Position numbers and translations under genes: made by a program. From Octopus vulgaris (taxonomy: Eukaryota): a stretch of DNA of 64,000 nucleotides. The DNA is taken from assembly GCA_951406725.2 (NCBI GenBank), contig OX597815.1, positions 19,344,001-19,408,000 on the forward strand. The letters run 5' to 3'. The notes under the pieces are model-generated. The model was not told where the DNA came from. It saw only the letters and a program-made list of their open reading frames with translations, and searched no databases. Of this stretch, positions 1 through 14,475 are shown one piece after another (the stretch's first letter is position 1; each line of letters opens with the position of its first letter).

Positions 1-3000
1 AGTCAATTGCCTTCTTTGGTCACTACGTGCAAACATTTGTTCCCCTTCGCTTTATACTTACTACTTCGCTCTACCACTTCTCTCCTATAACAAATTACTA
101 CTATATTTCAGAAAAATCTGTTATCACTAGCGATCAAATTGACTGCAAGAATGTGTATAGCCGTTCCCTCGACAAGGAATAAAATTCAAATTTTCTTCAA
201 ATAACTCACCCCTCTGACAATAAAGATAAACACAATAATGAGTTTTATTTCTGGTAGACAAAAAGAGGTTCATGGCCACATCTCGTACGCTCTTCATCAT
301 TTATACTTCTTAGGCCTGCCTCAAAGCTGAACCCCATGCGTTCATGGTGTAACGTCACATAGTTCAATAAACCGTAATGATTTCAACAATCTTGTTTTCT
401 TGCTTGAATATACTGTTTTAGAAATAAATAATTAACACATGTATCACTCTATCACCCTTCTATTTTACATGAATTTCTTCTGAAATGCTATTTTTAATAC
501 TACGCATAGAATAATCAATTTCTGGTAGCTATTTCTATAGACTTGTTCATGTTTTCCCAACTTTCTTTCATTCCCAATTTGTTCTACGATACTAATTGAA
601 TCGTGCTTGTATTTATATAAAGTTTTATTTCAAATATTTATTTATCAAGGTTTTACTTCATTGATACGTAGCTGGCTACGTTAGATGTTAAAGATTGTGC
701 TTTACTTTTCTCTGCTTTTAATTCTCTTTTTCTGTCAACCATCACTTCAGACTCATATATATTCACAAAACTCAATATATTCATTAAGGAAAAGCTAGGA
801 ATATTACATATTTGTACAACATACTTCTGGAGGCAGTTCAATTTACAGTTACTCTCAGGATAAACAATGCCAATAATGCAACTTGATGTCGACTCTAAAA
901 TTATCTAAATTATCTAACACTTTTTGCTATGATCAGAAATACTAAAACCAATAATTATAACTAATGAATTTATAAAATAATTATAAACATAATACTTTGC
1001 TAACTGTCTGTTTTGTTTACGCTGCGGTATGACGCATTCCACACAGGCATATAAGCATTTAGAAGACAGAAGTTTCTATGATGTATTGCTCAATAAGATC
1101 ATGAATTGACTGTTCTCTTTCCGCGACAATATCAGGGACAATTCTTTGAAAAACAAAAATTCACAGAGACTTATTGAAATCGAAAAGTTCTCTGACAAAA
1201 ACATAAGTACTAACAATATTAAGGCGTAAAAATATATTGTACAAGTGACATAAATTGTTATACAATAAGCACGTCATTTCTGTTTTATTAAATTATAAAA
1301 TAGTACATACATTTTGACTTATATCCTCTGATTTATGTAGTTACAACCTATTTCTTTGCTCCCTTTTTATGGGTATTATATATTTCTTTATATAACACGA
1401 CTCCGTATTCAGTACAGACTTCTGTATCATATATTTTATATACAAAAGTATTTCTCAGTCGCATTTTTCACAATTTTTAAATCTTTCATTTACTATTTCG
1501 TTTCTGCTGCTACTGCTGGTATCTTTGATTTTTCAATGTACTTGCAATGTTTTTTGTCTTTTTTTTCTGCTAATGTACATTATGTTTTCTGTCTGTTGTT
1601 ATCTTTCTACTTATAAGCACTATTTATGTGTCTTTCTTTTTCCTCTCAATATTTACTCCCTTGCATCTCTAGCTGTTATTTACTCCTTTCCCTTTTCTAT
1701 CAATATTTATCTCTCTAAATACATGTAAGCTTTCTCTAACTCACACGATTTGCTCTTCTGCATTACCAAATGCAGTGCAGCCGAACACACACTTCATCCT
1801 TTAACTTTTATCAGCATCATCATTGATTTTTTGCTCTGTGGCGGACAGGTGGCGCCACCAACAGTTTTACCTCGCTTTTTGTATTCGTTTTTATTTTTTC
1901 TGTGTATGCTGTTTTCGAAATCGGTTCGAAACAAACAAAGGAGAAAAAAAATGTTTCATACTTCGAATAAAAGGAAAATGAATGTGTAGGAATGTAATAC
2001 TTTAAAGTATGATAGAATATGCAGCGTATTGAGGAAGAAATAGATGAAGCAGGAAAACTAATAGAAGAGAGAAGAGAATAGAAGCTATAAGAAAGTAGAA
2101 AACTACAAAGTATTGGCAGGGAGACTAAAAATATGTGAATATGTGCGCAGCTAAATGTAATACATTTACGGACAAATCAATATAAAGAGCAAGATAAAGC
2201 AATGTGCGATGTAAACAGAGGGAACAAGATGGGGACTAATGAAAATGAGAAAAGACCATTAGATATTTAGGGGTCGAAAAAAACTACAAATAGAAACATA
2301 AACAGTTCCAAATTTTTATAACAAGCTGACGCAAAGAAATAGTTATTGATGCTGGGAGAATGTATAGATATTCTCTCAAAAGAAAAACAAATAAAGTAGA
2401 ATAAAATTTGTTTTCTAAACAATTAAAAAACATAAATTCTCAGATTGGTAGAATCGGTAAATGTAAGATCTCCTTGATAAATAAAATAAAAAAGAAATAT
2501 AGCTATATATATATTTTTTTAAGAAACCAGAATTATTACACATGTTTTGCAACATTCAGTTCTTAAGCCGATTATAAGCCTACCTACATATAAGCGTACT
2601 ACCAATCAATCAATCTATCTATTTATTCATCGATTCTGACTGATAGATTGATTTTTTTTTCCTATCATCAAGTAGCATTAATGACTTTTTTCATATGAAT
2701 ATTTTATAGTGTTATTACATTAACAGAGTTGCATAAGTATTTAATTTTTTGTTAAGTAGGTTATATGTAACAGTAGAGATAGTATAAAATACCAACACTA
2801 GAACCGCAAAAGAACCAGTACGTGGTCAGCGATTTGATAGAAATAACGACAACTTTTCCTTCAAACCACACTGATTGTAACGTCCAGATGAAGTTGAAAG
2901 AATAGTTCGGATGTGCTTTTACTAAAACAAAAGACAAGATGGTCAATGCTGTAAAACCATTGATCATACTTGATTAGAGTGGAGCTGGAGTTTGACAATA

Positions 3001-3148
3001 ACAACGGTAACCACTTGTTTGAGGTGTTTGTGAAAGCATTTATTTTTGGATAAGTCAAACTCTGTTGTCTACTAAAACGACTTCTGCATTGTTTGTCTAA
3101 TCACTACAATGGTGTGATGTTAAATAAACCCAGCACATCACTCCACGA

Positions 3149-3354
3149 TTACTCTTTTACTCTCTGTTACTTGTTTCAGTCATTTGACTGTAGCCATGCT
3201 GGAGAACCGCCTTTAGCCGAGCAATTCGAGCCCAGGACTTATTCTTTGTAAGCCTAGTACTTATTCTATCGGTCTCTTTTGCCGAACTGCTAAGTTACGG
3301 GGACGTAAACACACCAGCATCGGTTGCCAAGCGATGTTGGAGAGACAAACACAG

Positions 3355-3439
<85 letters not shown>

Positions 3440-3570
3440 TACGACGGGCTTCTTTCAGTTTCCGTCTATCAAATCCGCTCACAAGGCTTTGGTCGGCCCG
3501 AGGCTATAGTAGAAAACACTTGCCCAAAGTGCCACGGAGTGGGACTGAACCCAGAACCACACAGCCACTC
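3149..3570 (-). mobile_element. tRNA-derived SINE family B with internal (TA)n/(CA)n microsatellite; 27-bp deletion in head
   Basis: Reverse complement matches the copies at 5352 and 8539 (ccttgggcaagtgt..., ccgaccaaagccttgtgag..., tail aaatgactgaaacaagtaa..agagtaaaagagtaa). Confidence 0.9.
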
Positions 3571-4103
3571 GGATTAATAGAAAAAACCTAACACACTCTA
3601 TATAAATTTCAGTATTAATATATAAACCTGCAGAAAATAAGTACTCTACATAAATGCTAGAATTCATAGCTAAACCTAACATATTTTATAACTTTAGTAA
3701 CTGATAACTGCAACATACGATACGTTAAGCCTGGTACACATGTTGATATTAATAGATTACATTTTAGTATTTACTGGTAAACCTAATTCACGCAAGTTAA
3801 TATTGTTCATGTTTATCTTTTTTTAATTATTTCAGACTTTTGTCTGTAACACCATCGAGAATTTTTTTTTTTATCATATCGATGCCAGTATTTATTTTAA
3901 CTTTGTTACTTATTCTATCAATCTCTTTGACGAACATGTAAAATTCGGGCAAACAAATTTACACCATTTGTGATGCGGTGATAGACAAAAAAAAAAAAAA
4001 AGCGTACATATACAAATATTCACACACACATACACACATACACACAACACACACACACACACACACACACACGTTCACACGCACATACACACAACACATA
4101 CTA

Positions 4104-4245
4104 TGACGGCTTCCGCACAGTTTTCTTCGACCAAATTCGCTAACAGATTATCGTTCTGCCCAGGAGCCTCGTAAAATCATTTCAACAAATTTCTGCGCAA
4201 TGAAACTAAATAGGACAATACAGGGCTGCGTAGCAAACATTTTAA
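4104..4245 (-). mobile_element. highly decayed family B SINE 5' part
   Basis: gacggcttccgcacagttttcttcgaccaaattcgctaaca aligns loosely to gacgggcttctttcagtttccgtctaccaaatccactcaca. Confidence 0.45.
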
Positions 4246-4936
4246 CCTCACTATCATTAATTTAGATGAGCGTAACGTAATCTGCATAAATGTAAACAGA
4301 TAAATCTAATAAAACCTTCGTAAATGATAGAATTTATTGATATGCCTAAAGCAATTATTACAATGAAATTATCCATATCAGTCCTGAATATAACAAAGGC
4401 ATTTCTACATTTGTTGAGATGTATCCATAAAAATTTTCGGGAATATTGATAATCTTTAACAATAACAAGGCAATTCCAGTGCAATGTTTCTGATATTAGC
4501 ACATTGTCTTAAACTAAATTTTAAAGATAGAGCTCTGTCATTGATTGTTTCTTTCATTGATCGAGCCGTTTCTGGTTCGATGAAAATAGTATCACTTGAT
4601 TTCTAAGTTGAGATTTATAGTCAAACAATGAAAGGCTGTGATTTGATACCACAACATCCAGCACTTTAACAATTCTACCTTTTCACTAACACCCATTCCA
4701 GTACGAAAGTGTTGCTGTTGTTAAGCTATGTTAGCCCAGATTTTGCCTAAATACGTTCTAACGTGATCATCCCATCTTTGTAAGATTTGTTTACCCTTTC
4801 TAATATTTATTGTCTTAGAGAGCAAAACTGTAAGATAGTATTGTATTCTAAGGAGTCGTATCCGTTATTTTTATCACGTAGGGTAACAAAGTAAAGGCAC
4901 TATTGTTGGTTTTGTGTAATATTCATTTCTAACTAA

Positions 4937-5332
4937 GGCGGCGAGCTGGCAGAAACGTTAGCACGCCGGGCGAAATGCTTAGCGGCATTTCGTCTGTCTT
5001 TACGTTCGAAGATCAAATTCCGACATGGTCGACTTTTCCTTTCATCATTTCGGGGTCGATAAATTAAGTACCAGTTACGCACTGGGGTCAATGTAATCGA
5101 CTTAATACCTTTGTCTGTCCTTGTTTGTCCCCTCTATGTTTAACCCCTTGTGGGTAATAAAAAAATAGGTATTTCGTCTGGCTTTACGTTCTAAGTTGAA
5201 ATTCCCACAAGGTCGACTTTGCCTTTTATCCTTCGGGTTCGACAAATTAAGTACCAGTAGCGTACTGGGGTCGATCTAACCAACTGAGCCCCCCTCCCAA
5301 AAATTTCGGACCTTGTACCTAGAGTAGAAAAG
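4937..5332 (+). mobile_element. tRNA-derived SINE family A, two internal units, second unit with alternative tail
   Basis: Head ggcggcgagctggcagaaacgttagcacgccgggcgaaatgc; unit repeats at about 5168; imperfect TSD aatattcatttctaac (4918-4933) / aatatttacttctaac (5333-5348). Confidence 0.9.
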
Positions 5333-5351
5333 AATATTTACTTCTAACATA

Positions 5352-5516
5352 GGCGCAGGAGTGGCTGTGTGGTAAGTAGCTTGTTTACCAACCACATGGT
5401 TCTGGGTTCAGTCCCACTGCGTGACACCTTGGGAAAGTGTCTTCTACTATAGTCTCGGGCCGACCAAAGCCTTGTGAGTGGATTTGGTAGATGGAAACTG
5501 AAAGAAGCCCGTCGTA

Positions 5517-5554
<38 letters not shown>

Positions 5555-5776
5555 TGTGTGTGTTTGTACGTCTGTGTTTGTCCCCCTAGCATTGCTTGAC
5601 AATGACAACCGATGCTGGTGTGTTTATGTCCCCGTTACTTAACGGTTCGGCAAAAGAGACCGATAGAATAAGTACTGGGCTTATAAAAGAATAAGTCCTG
5701 GGGTTGAGTTGCTCGATTAAAGGCGGTGCTCCAGCATGGCCGCAGTCAAATGACTGAACCAAGTAAAAGAGTAAAA
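5352..5776 (+). mobile_element. SINE family B, full length
   Basis: A-box-like gtggctgtgtggtaag, B-box-like ggttcagtccc, CORE-like ccttgggaaagtgtctt, internal (TA)n(TG)n, tail aagtaaaagagtaaaa. Confidence 0.9.
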
Positions 5777-6016
5777 AGCTACAAGTGTTGAAATTTAAGG
5801 AATGAGCTAGCCGATTATATCAACTCCATTCTTACTGGTGTTCGAAAAAAATCGTTCATATCCCATGTACCCGTACTTGGTATTTTTTGTTGTACACGTT
5901 TCCTGCAGTCCTATGCCCACATATGCATCTATATCTACGTATAGATGTATGTACATATACGTATGTTTATATGCATATAAATATATTATTTATTTATATT
6001 ATTATATGATCGACCG

Positions 6017-6404
6017 TGGAGGCGCAATGGCCCAGTGGTTAGGGCAGCGGACTCGCGGTCGTAGGATCGCGGTTTCGATTCCCAGACCGGGCGCCGCTGT
6101 GAGTGTTTATTGAGCGAAAACACCTAAAGCTCCACGAGGGATGGTGGTGAACCCTGCTGTACTCTTTCACCACAACTTTCTCTCACTCTTACTTCCTGTT
6201 TCTGTTGTACCTGTAACTCAAAGGGCCGGCCTTGTCACTCTCTGTGTCACGCTGAATATCCCCCGAGAACTGCGTTAAGGGTACACGTGGTACACGTCTG
6301 TGGAGTGCTCAGCCACTTACACGTTAATTTCACGAGCAGGCTGTTCCGTTGATCGGATCAACCGGAACCCTCGTCGTCGTAACCGACGGAGTGCTTCCAT
6401 TCCA
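6017..6404 (+). mobile_element. tRNA-derived SINE family C (tail type 1), with 14-bp TSD
   Basis: A box tggcccagtgg, B-box-like gtttcgattcc; TSD tatatgatcgaccg at 6003-6016 and 6405-6418. Confidence 0.9.
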
Positions 6405-6656
6405 TATATGATCGACCGGCACGGATACTCTTCCGAGTAGAAGGAGTATTGGTATTGGTATTGGTATCCAGAAGACCCCAAATGGCAGGTAACGCTATGT
6501 AAGTGATATTGAAGGACCGTAGTTAGACACTCGGGTCGATAATAATACAGACGAGGAGTCTAATGTGGGTCTTGTGTGAGCATGTATTGTTAAATAAAAT
6601 GAGATAACAAAGCAAAGGTTGTGTGGAATTTTTAGGACATTTACAAAGAGAAAATT

Positions 6657-6706
6657 AGTCCTATGGCTGTTTCTGGGATGTTAGGGATATCCATTCCTCA
6701 GAAACG
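6657..6706 (-). ncRNA. decayed minimal hammerhead motif (same family as 38495)
   Basis: Minus strand gttt CTGAGGA a tggat..atccca GAAAC AGCCA TA ggac; helix III differs from the palindrome ACAGCTGT by two transitions. Confidence 0.4.
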
Positions 6707-6892
6707 ATATGAAATAGTTAAATACAGGGAAATGGTAGAGTTCAATCTAAGGAGTTATTTTGGAAGAGGATGGATATAGGAAGTATGAAGGGAAATAAGA
6801 GGATAAAAATAAAAATAAATATATATGTAGGAAGTTACAGTTGCTGTATCAATTATCCAAGGACTTTCCTTGGATGATGTGTATGTATACAC

Positions 6893-7042
6893 ACGATGGG
6901 CTTCTTTAAGTTTCCGCTCACTCATAAGGTTTTCGTTGGCTCGTGGTTATAGCAAAAAGCACTCGCCCAACGTGCCATACACTGGAACTGAATCTGGAAC
7001 CAATCGCTGGGAAGCAAACTTCTTACCATACGGCCGTGCCTG
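6893..7042 (-). mobile_element. diverged family B SINE 5' half
   Basis: acgatgggcttctttaagtttccg...cactcgcccaacgtgccatacactggaactgaatc...ttcttaccatacggccgtgcctg. Confidence 0.7.
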
Positions 7043-7523
7043 AACACACGGTAAACAATCAATAACTGTCGAAACTTTATTTACATAATATGTTGTTGTT
7101 GCTGCTCTTGTCTTTGTTGTTGGTGTTGTTATTGTTGTTGTTTTAGCCCCAGCTCACTTCTGATATTCCTATCAACAATTCTTTCCAACAACGACAGTCC
7201 TAGTTTATTTTCAGATGACAATGTATCTAGAATTACATAATTCAATGTGATTTTCTGTTTTTAAAAATGGCTTCTTATGTTCCGTTGTGTTTCTAATGTG
7301 ATATGATTTGGAATATATTTTTCCCGCAAAATCACTACCTTGTAATAGACAGTACATACAATGGATAAAGATAAGTAAATATATGAAGGCCGTTTATATG
7401 TAATGTTTCATGACATCAATTCCAACCACAAGCAAAATGACAGTACATATAAATCAAAAACTATGTAGATTTAAATACTATCATTTACCATTCACATTTG
7501 TTCAAACATTGATTTTATATATG

Positions 7524-7556
<33 letters not shown>

Positions 7557-7710
7557 CTGTGTGTCTGTGTGTCTGTTTCTGTGCGTCTCTGTGTGTGTCT
7601 AGGTTGCCTGAGAGATACGAAGATACAATGCATGTCATTAATTATAAAAATGAAGTATGTGGTATATAGGTAATAAAATTTCGACGTAAACAAAAATAAT
7701 TATCTTGTCT

Positions 7711-7815
<105 letters not shown>

Positions 7816-8538
7816 ATATGTATGTATAAGTGTGCATAGAAAAACAGAAAGTTGAGAAAGATATCTTGTATGTGATATTGTACATACGGGAATACATATT
7901 CAGATACATACAAGTTTATTATTCATTACAGAATTACTATTAAGCATACATACACCTAACGAAAACTATATATGTACGTATACGAACATGTATTGATGTA
8001 TATATTCATACTTCTATATCGTTCTCAAAAGCCAGCATTTTTATTATTTTTAAGTAGGTTCTTTAAGAATAGCATTCCTCGTGAAGCTCTACTAGACTCT
8101 CCATTTCAAGGATTATTTTGATATTGTTCATCATTAAAATTTTCTATTTCTTCTATTAATACTCTTTTATTAGCTGAAGACGTTTAATACAATATCACTT
8201 GGATTGATTTGTTTGAAGGTCACTTGAGGTGTTTCTTGAAAAGGCACTTATGCACAAGCTTGCGATGATTTTAAGTGACTGTGAATTTTATCAACTCAGA
8301 TATGATTCATATGATTCAAGAGAATCCGTGTAAATTCTTCGGTATCTTTTTTTAATGCTTTTATTAATTCTTAGAAATAGGAGATATTTTTGTTGAAGGT
8401 CTTAATGGGTGAAACTACTTTTTTAATTCTTCTATTTGTTAGAGCGTAGGTTAACAAAATATTTTTTGACATATGACTCAATTGTGTGACTATTATTCAG
8501 AATATATTTTTATAAAAATGCATAACATAATAAACATA

Positions 8539-8946
8539 TACTCTTTTACTCTTTTACTCTCTAACTTGTTTCAGTCATTTGACTGCGGCCATGCTGAAGC
8601 ACCGCCTTTTAATCGAGCAACTCGACCCCGGCACTTATTCTTTTGTAAGCCCAGTACTTATTCTATCGGTCTCTTTTGCCGAACCGCTAAGTAACGGGGA
8701 CATAAGCACACCAGCATCGGTTGTCAAGCAATGCTAGGGGGACAAACACAGACACACAAACACACGCACGCATATATATATGTACATATATACGACGAGC
8801 TTCTTCCAGTTTCCGTCAACCAAATCCACTCACAAGCCTTTGGTCGGCCCGAGGCTATAGTAGAAGACACTTGCCCAAGGTGCCACGCAGTGGGACTGAA
8901 CCCGGAACCATGTGGTTGGTAAACAAGCTACTTACCACACAGCCAC
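8539..8946 (-). mobile_element. SINE family B, near full length
   Basis: High identity to the reverse complement of 5352-5776. Confidence 0.9.
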
Positions 8947-9899
8947 ACTCAAAATGTGTGTATGTGTTTATGTATGCGTTTGTGCATGCAGAGATGTAAA
9001 GTAAACTGTAAAAACGTGTATCTCTAGCTAAGCTATTGTTTAGATTCCTGGAGGAAAGTAATCATCCTTGTTAGTCCGAAGATTTTTCTGGCACTGTCAA
9101 GAAAATGAGATCGATCTAACAACTATTGTTGTTTATTTATAAATCAGCAGTTCTCATTTCTCATTTCCTGTCCATAAAGGGAACATCAGCTTAGAGTACA
9201 TGCAATTTGTTCTCAACCTGCCTTACGCATACTGCAAATTGATATAAGTGATAATTCTCTCTGGTTAGATAATAACTTACTGCTATTTGATGGATATATC
9301 AATAGAGGTCTAAACTAGATACATTAATCATTTTCGGACGTCGGAGAGGAAAACATCTGGATTAACCATGGTATTTCCTTTCCCATGCAATGCAAAACTG
9401 GGTTTCCTAAAAGGACATGTTTAACTTACATTTCTACTTACCGCAAGAACACCGACTAATGATTCTGATAATTATTTAAGCCGTGCTACCAACGTTTTCA
9501 CTGATGCAAATCAGGCAGACCACCTTACTTCTGGTCGAGTGTGCATGTTATTAATATGTAGACGCTAATATTTTCTTCGGGGATAGAAAGTGTGTAACTT
9601 GTTTTTGGTGAAATGTTACTGAACGTTTTTTTTTCTTTTTCTATCTTCATCAAGCTGTTCCAAAGTTAGCGAAATTATTTACAGTTCATAACAAAACTAA
9701 CGTGTACCTGTACTGTGTAGTCAGGAAGGGAACGGACGCTCCTATGTCCCTATTTTCAGGATCTGAATCTTATGGGAGGAAGGGAAGAATATATCTTCAA
9801 ACTGGGGACTATGCCAAATATTATCAACAAAGTAGACTACACCTAAGGTGTCCCAAGACCAGGGGTTAGAGTTAAACAGGACGTTGGATAAAGTCTACC

Positions 9900-11030
9900 A
9901 TCCAAGAACTCAGAACTATCTGGTTTGATGCTCTGACATTTGCCTCAGCTCATTGCCATGATGATATAATATTTTAATGACAAGGATAAGCGGCGATAAG
10001 CACTTTGATGCGAGGTATTTTGTCTTAGACTCTGCTAATTCTTGGCGTTGTGTATTATTAGTTTAGTGTTATAATTGTAATGAGATTAGAAACTGAACAC
10101 TTGGCCATCGAGTAAAATTCTAAGGTAGATTCAGAGAAAAACTATTCTTAATTGATTGATTTGCTTGGAATTTGTTTTTGGTTATACATATTGCTGACCA
10201 AACTTGTTCACAATAATTGGTGGGTGGGAACTGCAAAAGACTCACTACTATTTAAGATGCAATTGAGTAACACTACGCCTTAGAAGACCTGAAATATTTA
10301 TAGGGTAGTGGTCTCAAGCAGGTCCTTGACCGTGGAGTTATTATAAAGTCCACAAATTCATCTTGCAGATTGTCAGGAAATTTGAGGGGTTAATTCCTAA
10401 AGGATTTCGTGTGAGTTGATAATCGGCTCATAACAGAAAACACGGAATGTGGTTGGCCACGTATACAAAATTCCTCGTAGCTAAAATGCTGATGAAAATT
10501 AATGCCTTCTGATTCCAAACGTGCAATGCTCTTTTTCTCAAAAATGTTATAACGAATTGCTTTCAGTATTTCGTTTCACAAATTTCAAATTTCAAATTTC
10601 ATTCAGAAGAATTTAATATATTTTGTCAACAGTAGTTACATTGCCTTGATATGCCTTGTTGACTGAACTGAGTCGTATGGAAATGTCATTACGTTCTGCT
10701 CGTTTTGTGTTCCGTTTATCAGAAATGTCATGAGCAAATTTGATTGATGTCTCCTTCGATATCTCGACCAGAATTCTTTCAGTGTTCATCCTTCTTCAAT
10801 GCAACTTGAGCCAGTACATTATCTTCTGAAAGAAATCTAACTTATGCGTGAAACAAGTATGCCCATCCTTCAGGATTTAATTCTTCGTACAAAAATGCAG
10901 TATCCTTGTGCCATGAAGACATTGTACTTTAACATCACTGTGAATGAATTTGAGAGCTCCTTACCTATGAATCACAACATGGATGTCCTTTACATCTGAT
11001 GTTAGCATTCAGATTTATATTCCAGCTTGC
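9900..11030 (-). pseudogene. highly decayed hAT (Buster/Charlie-like) transposase remnant
   Basis: Minus-strand peptides LFHA*VRFLSEDNVLAQV (about 10800-10860; cf. LLFHTEVRWLSRGKVL) and frameshifted ELR...SIKPD (about 9920-9952; cf. C-terminal ELRVALSSIEP). Many stops and frameshifts; boundaries approximate. Confidence 0.4.
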
Positions 11031-12796
11031 AAGAGTTATTTCAGGTTTGCGGCTAACAAATATCTTCTTTTCCGAAGAAACTACTTTAAATACATCTTTT
11101 CTTTCATTGTGCTCTAGGTTTGACAAAAGAAGAATCGCCATATATCTTATATTATGAATTATATCAGATATTCTTTAAAAAATTCATTTCTTTTTACATT
11201 TGCAAAATATTAAATCTCTTGGCAACGTTTTCTTCCGTCTTGAAACGAAAAAAAGAGAAAAAACTTTACAGGTGGCCGTGATTAAATTTTCAGGGATTGT
11301 ATGACACTTCATACGCATTTTTTGCAATTCTCAGATCAACCATACAGGTGGCACATAACCTACATTCCTATCATAAATATACCTACCAAATATGATCGTG
11401 TCGCGAACGTTTCAGATTATATAGTCTCCACATGTATCTATCACTTCTGGAAAACATCCCCTTTCCTTTCAAAGAGCAAACAAGGACTTACACAACTAAT
11501 GTGACCCTGTATTCAGAAGCAAAAACAGTAATAATTAATTTTAATTTTGTGCAATCTATTTTTCTAGATTACTCAATCTATTTAGGTGTACTTCTTGAAT
11601 TTTCTTAATTTTTTCTCGATTCACATTTAAACTTTTTACAGAAAATTTGCTGTACTTATTGTGCTTACTCTACGTTGATTAAATTTGTTTTTCTTTATTA
11701 TTTGTCTTTAGTTTCACTGTGCATTTATATTTATTTATCTTATTTAACCTTTTCCTCCTCTTTTTATAATTAAAATCGATTCGATGATTACTTCATTGTT
11801 TATATCCGTTTTATTTAATTTTTTTCATTTCGTGTACTATTTTTATTAGTTTTAAAACCATTTTCGTTGTGTCTCTATTACAAATAATTTATCAATTTCT
11901 GTTTCAAGTTATGAATTTCAAGACAATCTTTAGTGCTGGCACGAATCCAGAATTTCGATAACAAAGACAACGATGAAAAAATGTCCGAATGACAGCTCGA
12001 AAGAAATCTTATCACGCTTGATTGATAACATAAAAGTCATACCGGAAAAAGTAAAACGTAGCAAGAACAATATAATTTATTTTATAAACATAAAATATCT
12101 TAGTAAGGGGAAACAAATTATAAAGCGAGTTTCGTTCTTATTCAGAAGCGATGGGCATAATTAACAATTAAAGTTAATCCTTAAACATATATCAGTCTCA
12201 CCCGGATCTTTAGCTCCGGGTTATGTTGGGCTGATCAAATAGGACACATACCCTTCATAGGTAAATTAATCGTGATCTCTGGTGCATATTTACAGAAGTT
12301 AGGCAAATTTGCGGTTGTTTTCCTCTGTCCCTCCAGGACAGTTCTAATGGAAATAATTTACATTACAATCAGTCATTTTGTATATATGGTGTCCAAATGC
12401 TCTTTTTCTAAAATAAAAAAGTATGATTTGAAAGGTTTTACTACTATTTTCAGTTGATAGAGCGATTAAATAAATGTCTCATTGTTTGCTGCGCTAGATT
12501 CTAATGCTGAATGTAGTGGTAGTGGTACTAGTGATGATGGTGGTGTTTTTGGTCGTAGTTAAGGTGGCTGTAGAGGCAATGGTTGCGGCGGTGGGTTTAA
12601 TAGTGTCTGTGTATCGTTGTTGCCTCCATGGGATGTTTTTGTCAACTGTTGAGAAAATTGACTTTTGAATATGGAAATAGTGTAATTATTTTTTTCTAAG
12701 AAAAGAACTCTGGAAGATAGAATAAGTGATGCAAAGGTAAAGTTCACTAATACTATCTTCACTTCCACTTACTCTCTAGTCTGAACGTTTTGTTTC

Positions 12797-12965
12797 CAAT
12801 GAGAGATCCCTTAGCAACATACTTATAGAAAATCTTTAATGAAAGATCTATTAACAACATAATTATATACAACTCAAATGAACGATCCCTTAACATCTTT
12901 GCACACAATCTTCAATGAACGATCCCTTAGCTACATCATTACATAGAAAATTCAACGAGAGAATG
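12797..12965. repeat. degenerate minisatellite, 37-40 bp unit, about 4 copies
   Basis: aatgaa(c/a)gatc(c)cttaacaacat-like starts at 12798, 12838, 12877, 12914 and 12954. Confidence 0.8.
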
Positions 12966-13612
12966 TTCTTTGTTCCAATTCTACAAATCGAAAATCAAAA
13001 CAAATGTTTGAAATAGAGAAGAAAGAAGCTGGTTAAACTAGGAGAATAAAGATGCAACAATAATAAATAGAAAATTGAAAAATCATTAAACTTTAACAGA
13101 AGACTGAAAGAAATAGAAAATTAATTAGATTTTAGCGAAAATAAAATAGCGTTTCTCTGTCTAAATTGGTTATAATACAATTAAGAATTGTTCTAAAGGA
13201 AACACAACGTCTGTATTGGCACCGGTTGCTTTCTGTTCGGTTGGTTACGTGCTAACTTGGATTATATAGCCTGGAAGGGATGCAGAATACACATAGTATA
13301 GTACAACAAATTGATTAATGAGAAGATACACTGTAGGAAGCAAAAATCTTTTGCTTGACGTTTCATAATATGATGATATAAGAAACATTCATTTTGTATC
13401 TCTCTTGTTAATTAAGAATAGCTTTTGCTGCTGATTCCAACATTTATGTGCAAAATGACTCCTAACGACCAGGTAACGATAGTGAAGTATTACACACAGA
13501 GTTAGGAACGAGAAATATCGATTCAGAACAATACCACGCTACTGTTATATGACACGGATTCTCTTTCTCCGTCTCCTCCGTCTGACTCTCTCTTTCTCCC
13601 TTTCACTCTCTC

Positions 13613-14131
<519 letters not shown>

Positions 14132-14427
14132 TGCATAGAAATGTATCCTGTTCACATTACCTACAGTTGTTTTTGTTTAACAGAATGTTAAAAAGTTAAA
14201 TCAAAAGAAAGTGTATTTGCTATGATCAAAAGCATTTATATAAGCAATTGATCCGCCAAGAAGTGGGTTCGTAAGAAGAATCATTTCCATCTAATTGTAA
14301 TGCATTTTGTTGTTTCCATACCTGGAATATATGTATTAGAATAAATCTTGAGAATATATTGTTTGGATGTAGACTATGTGTAAATATATTTCCTTTCTAC
14401 TTGGTTGCATTATATGCTACATATAAC

Positions 14428-14475
<48 letters not shown>

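Noticed and set aside
12797-12965. CRISPR array
   Set aside because: Eukaryotic context, degenerate repeats, homologous spacers, and no cas genes.
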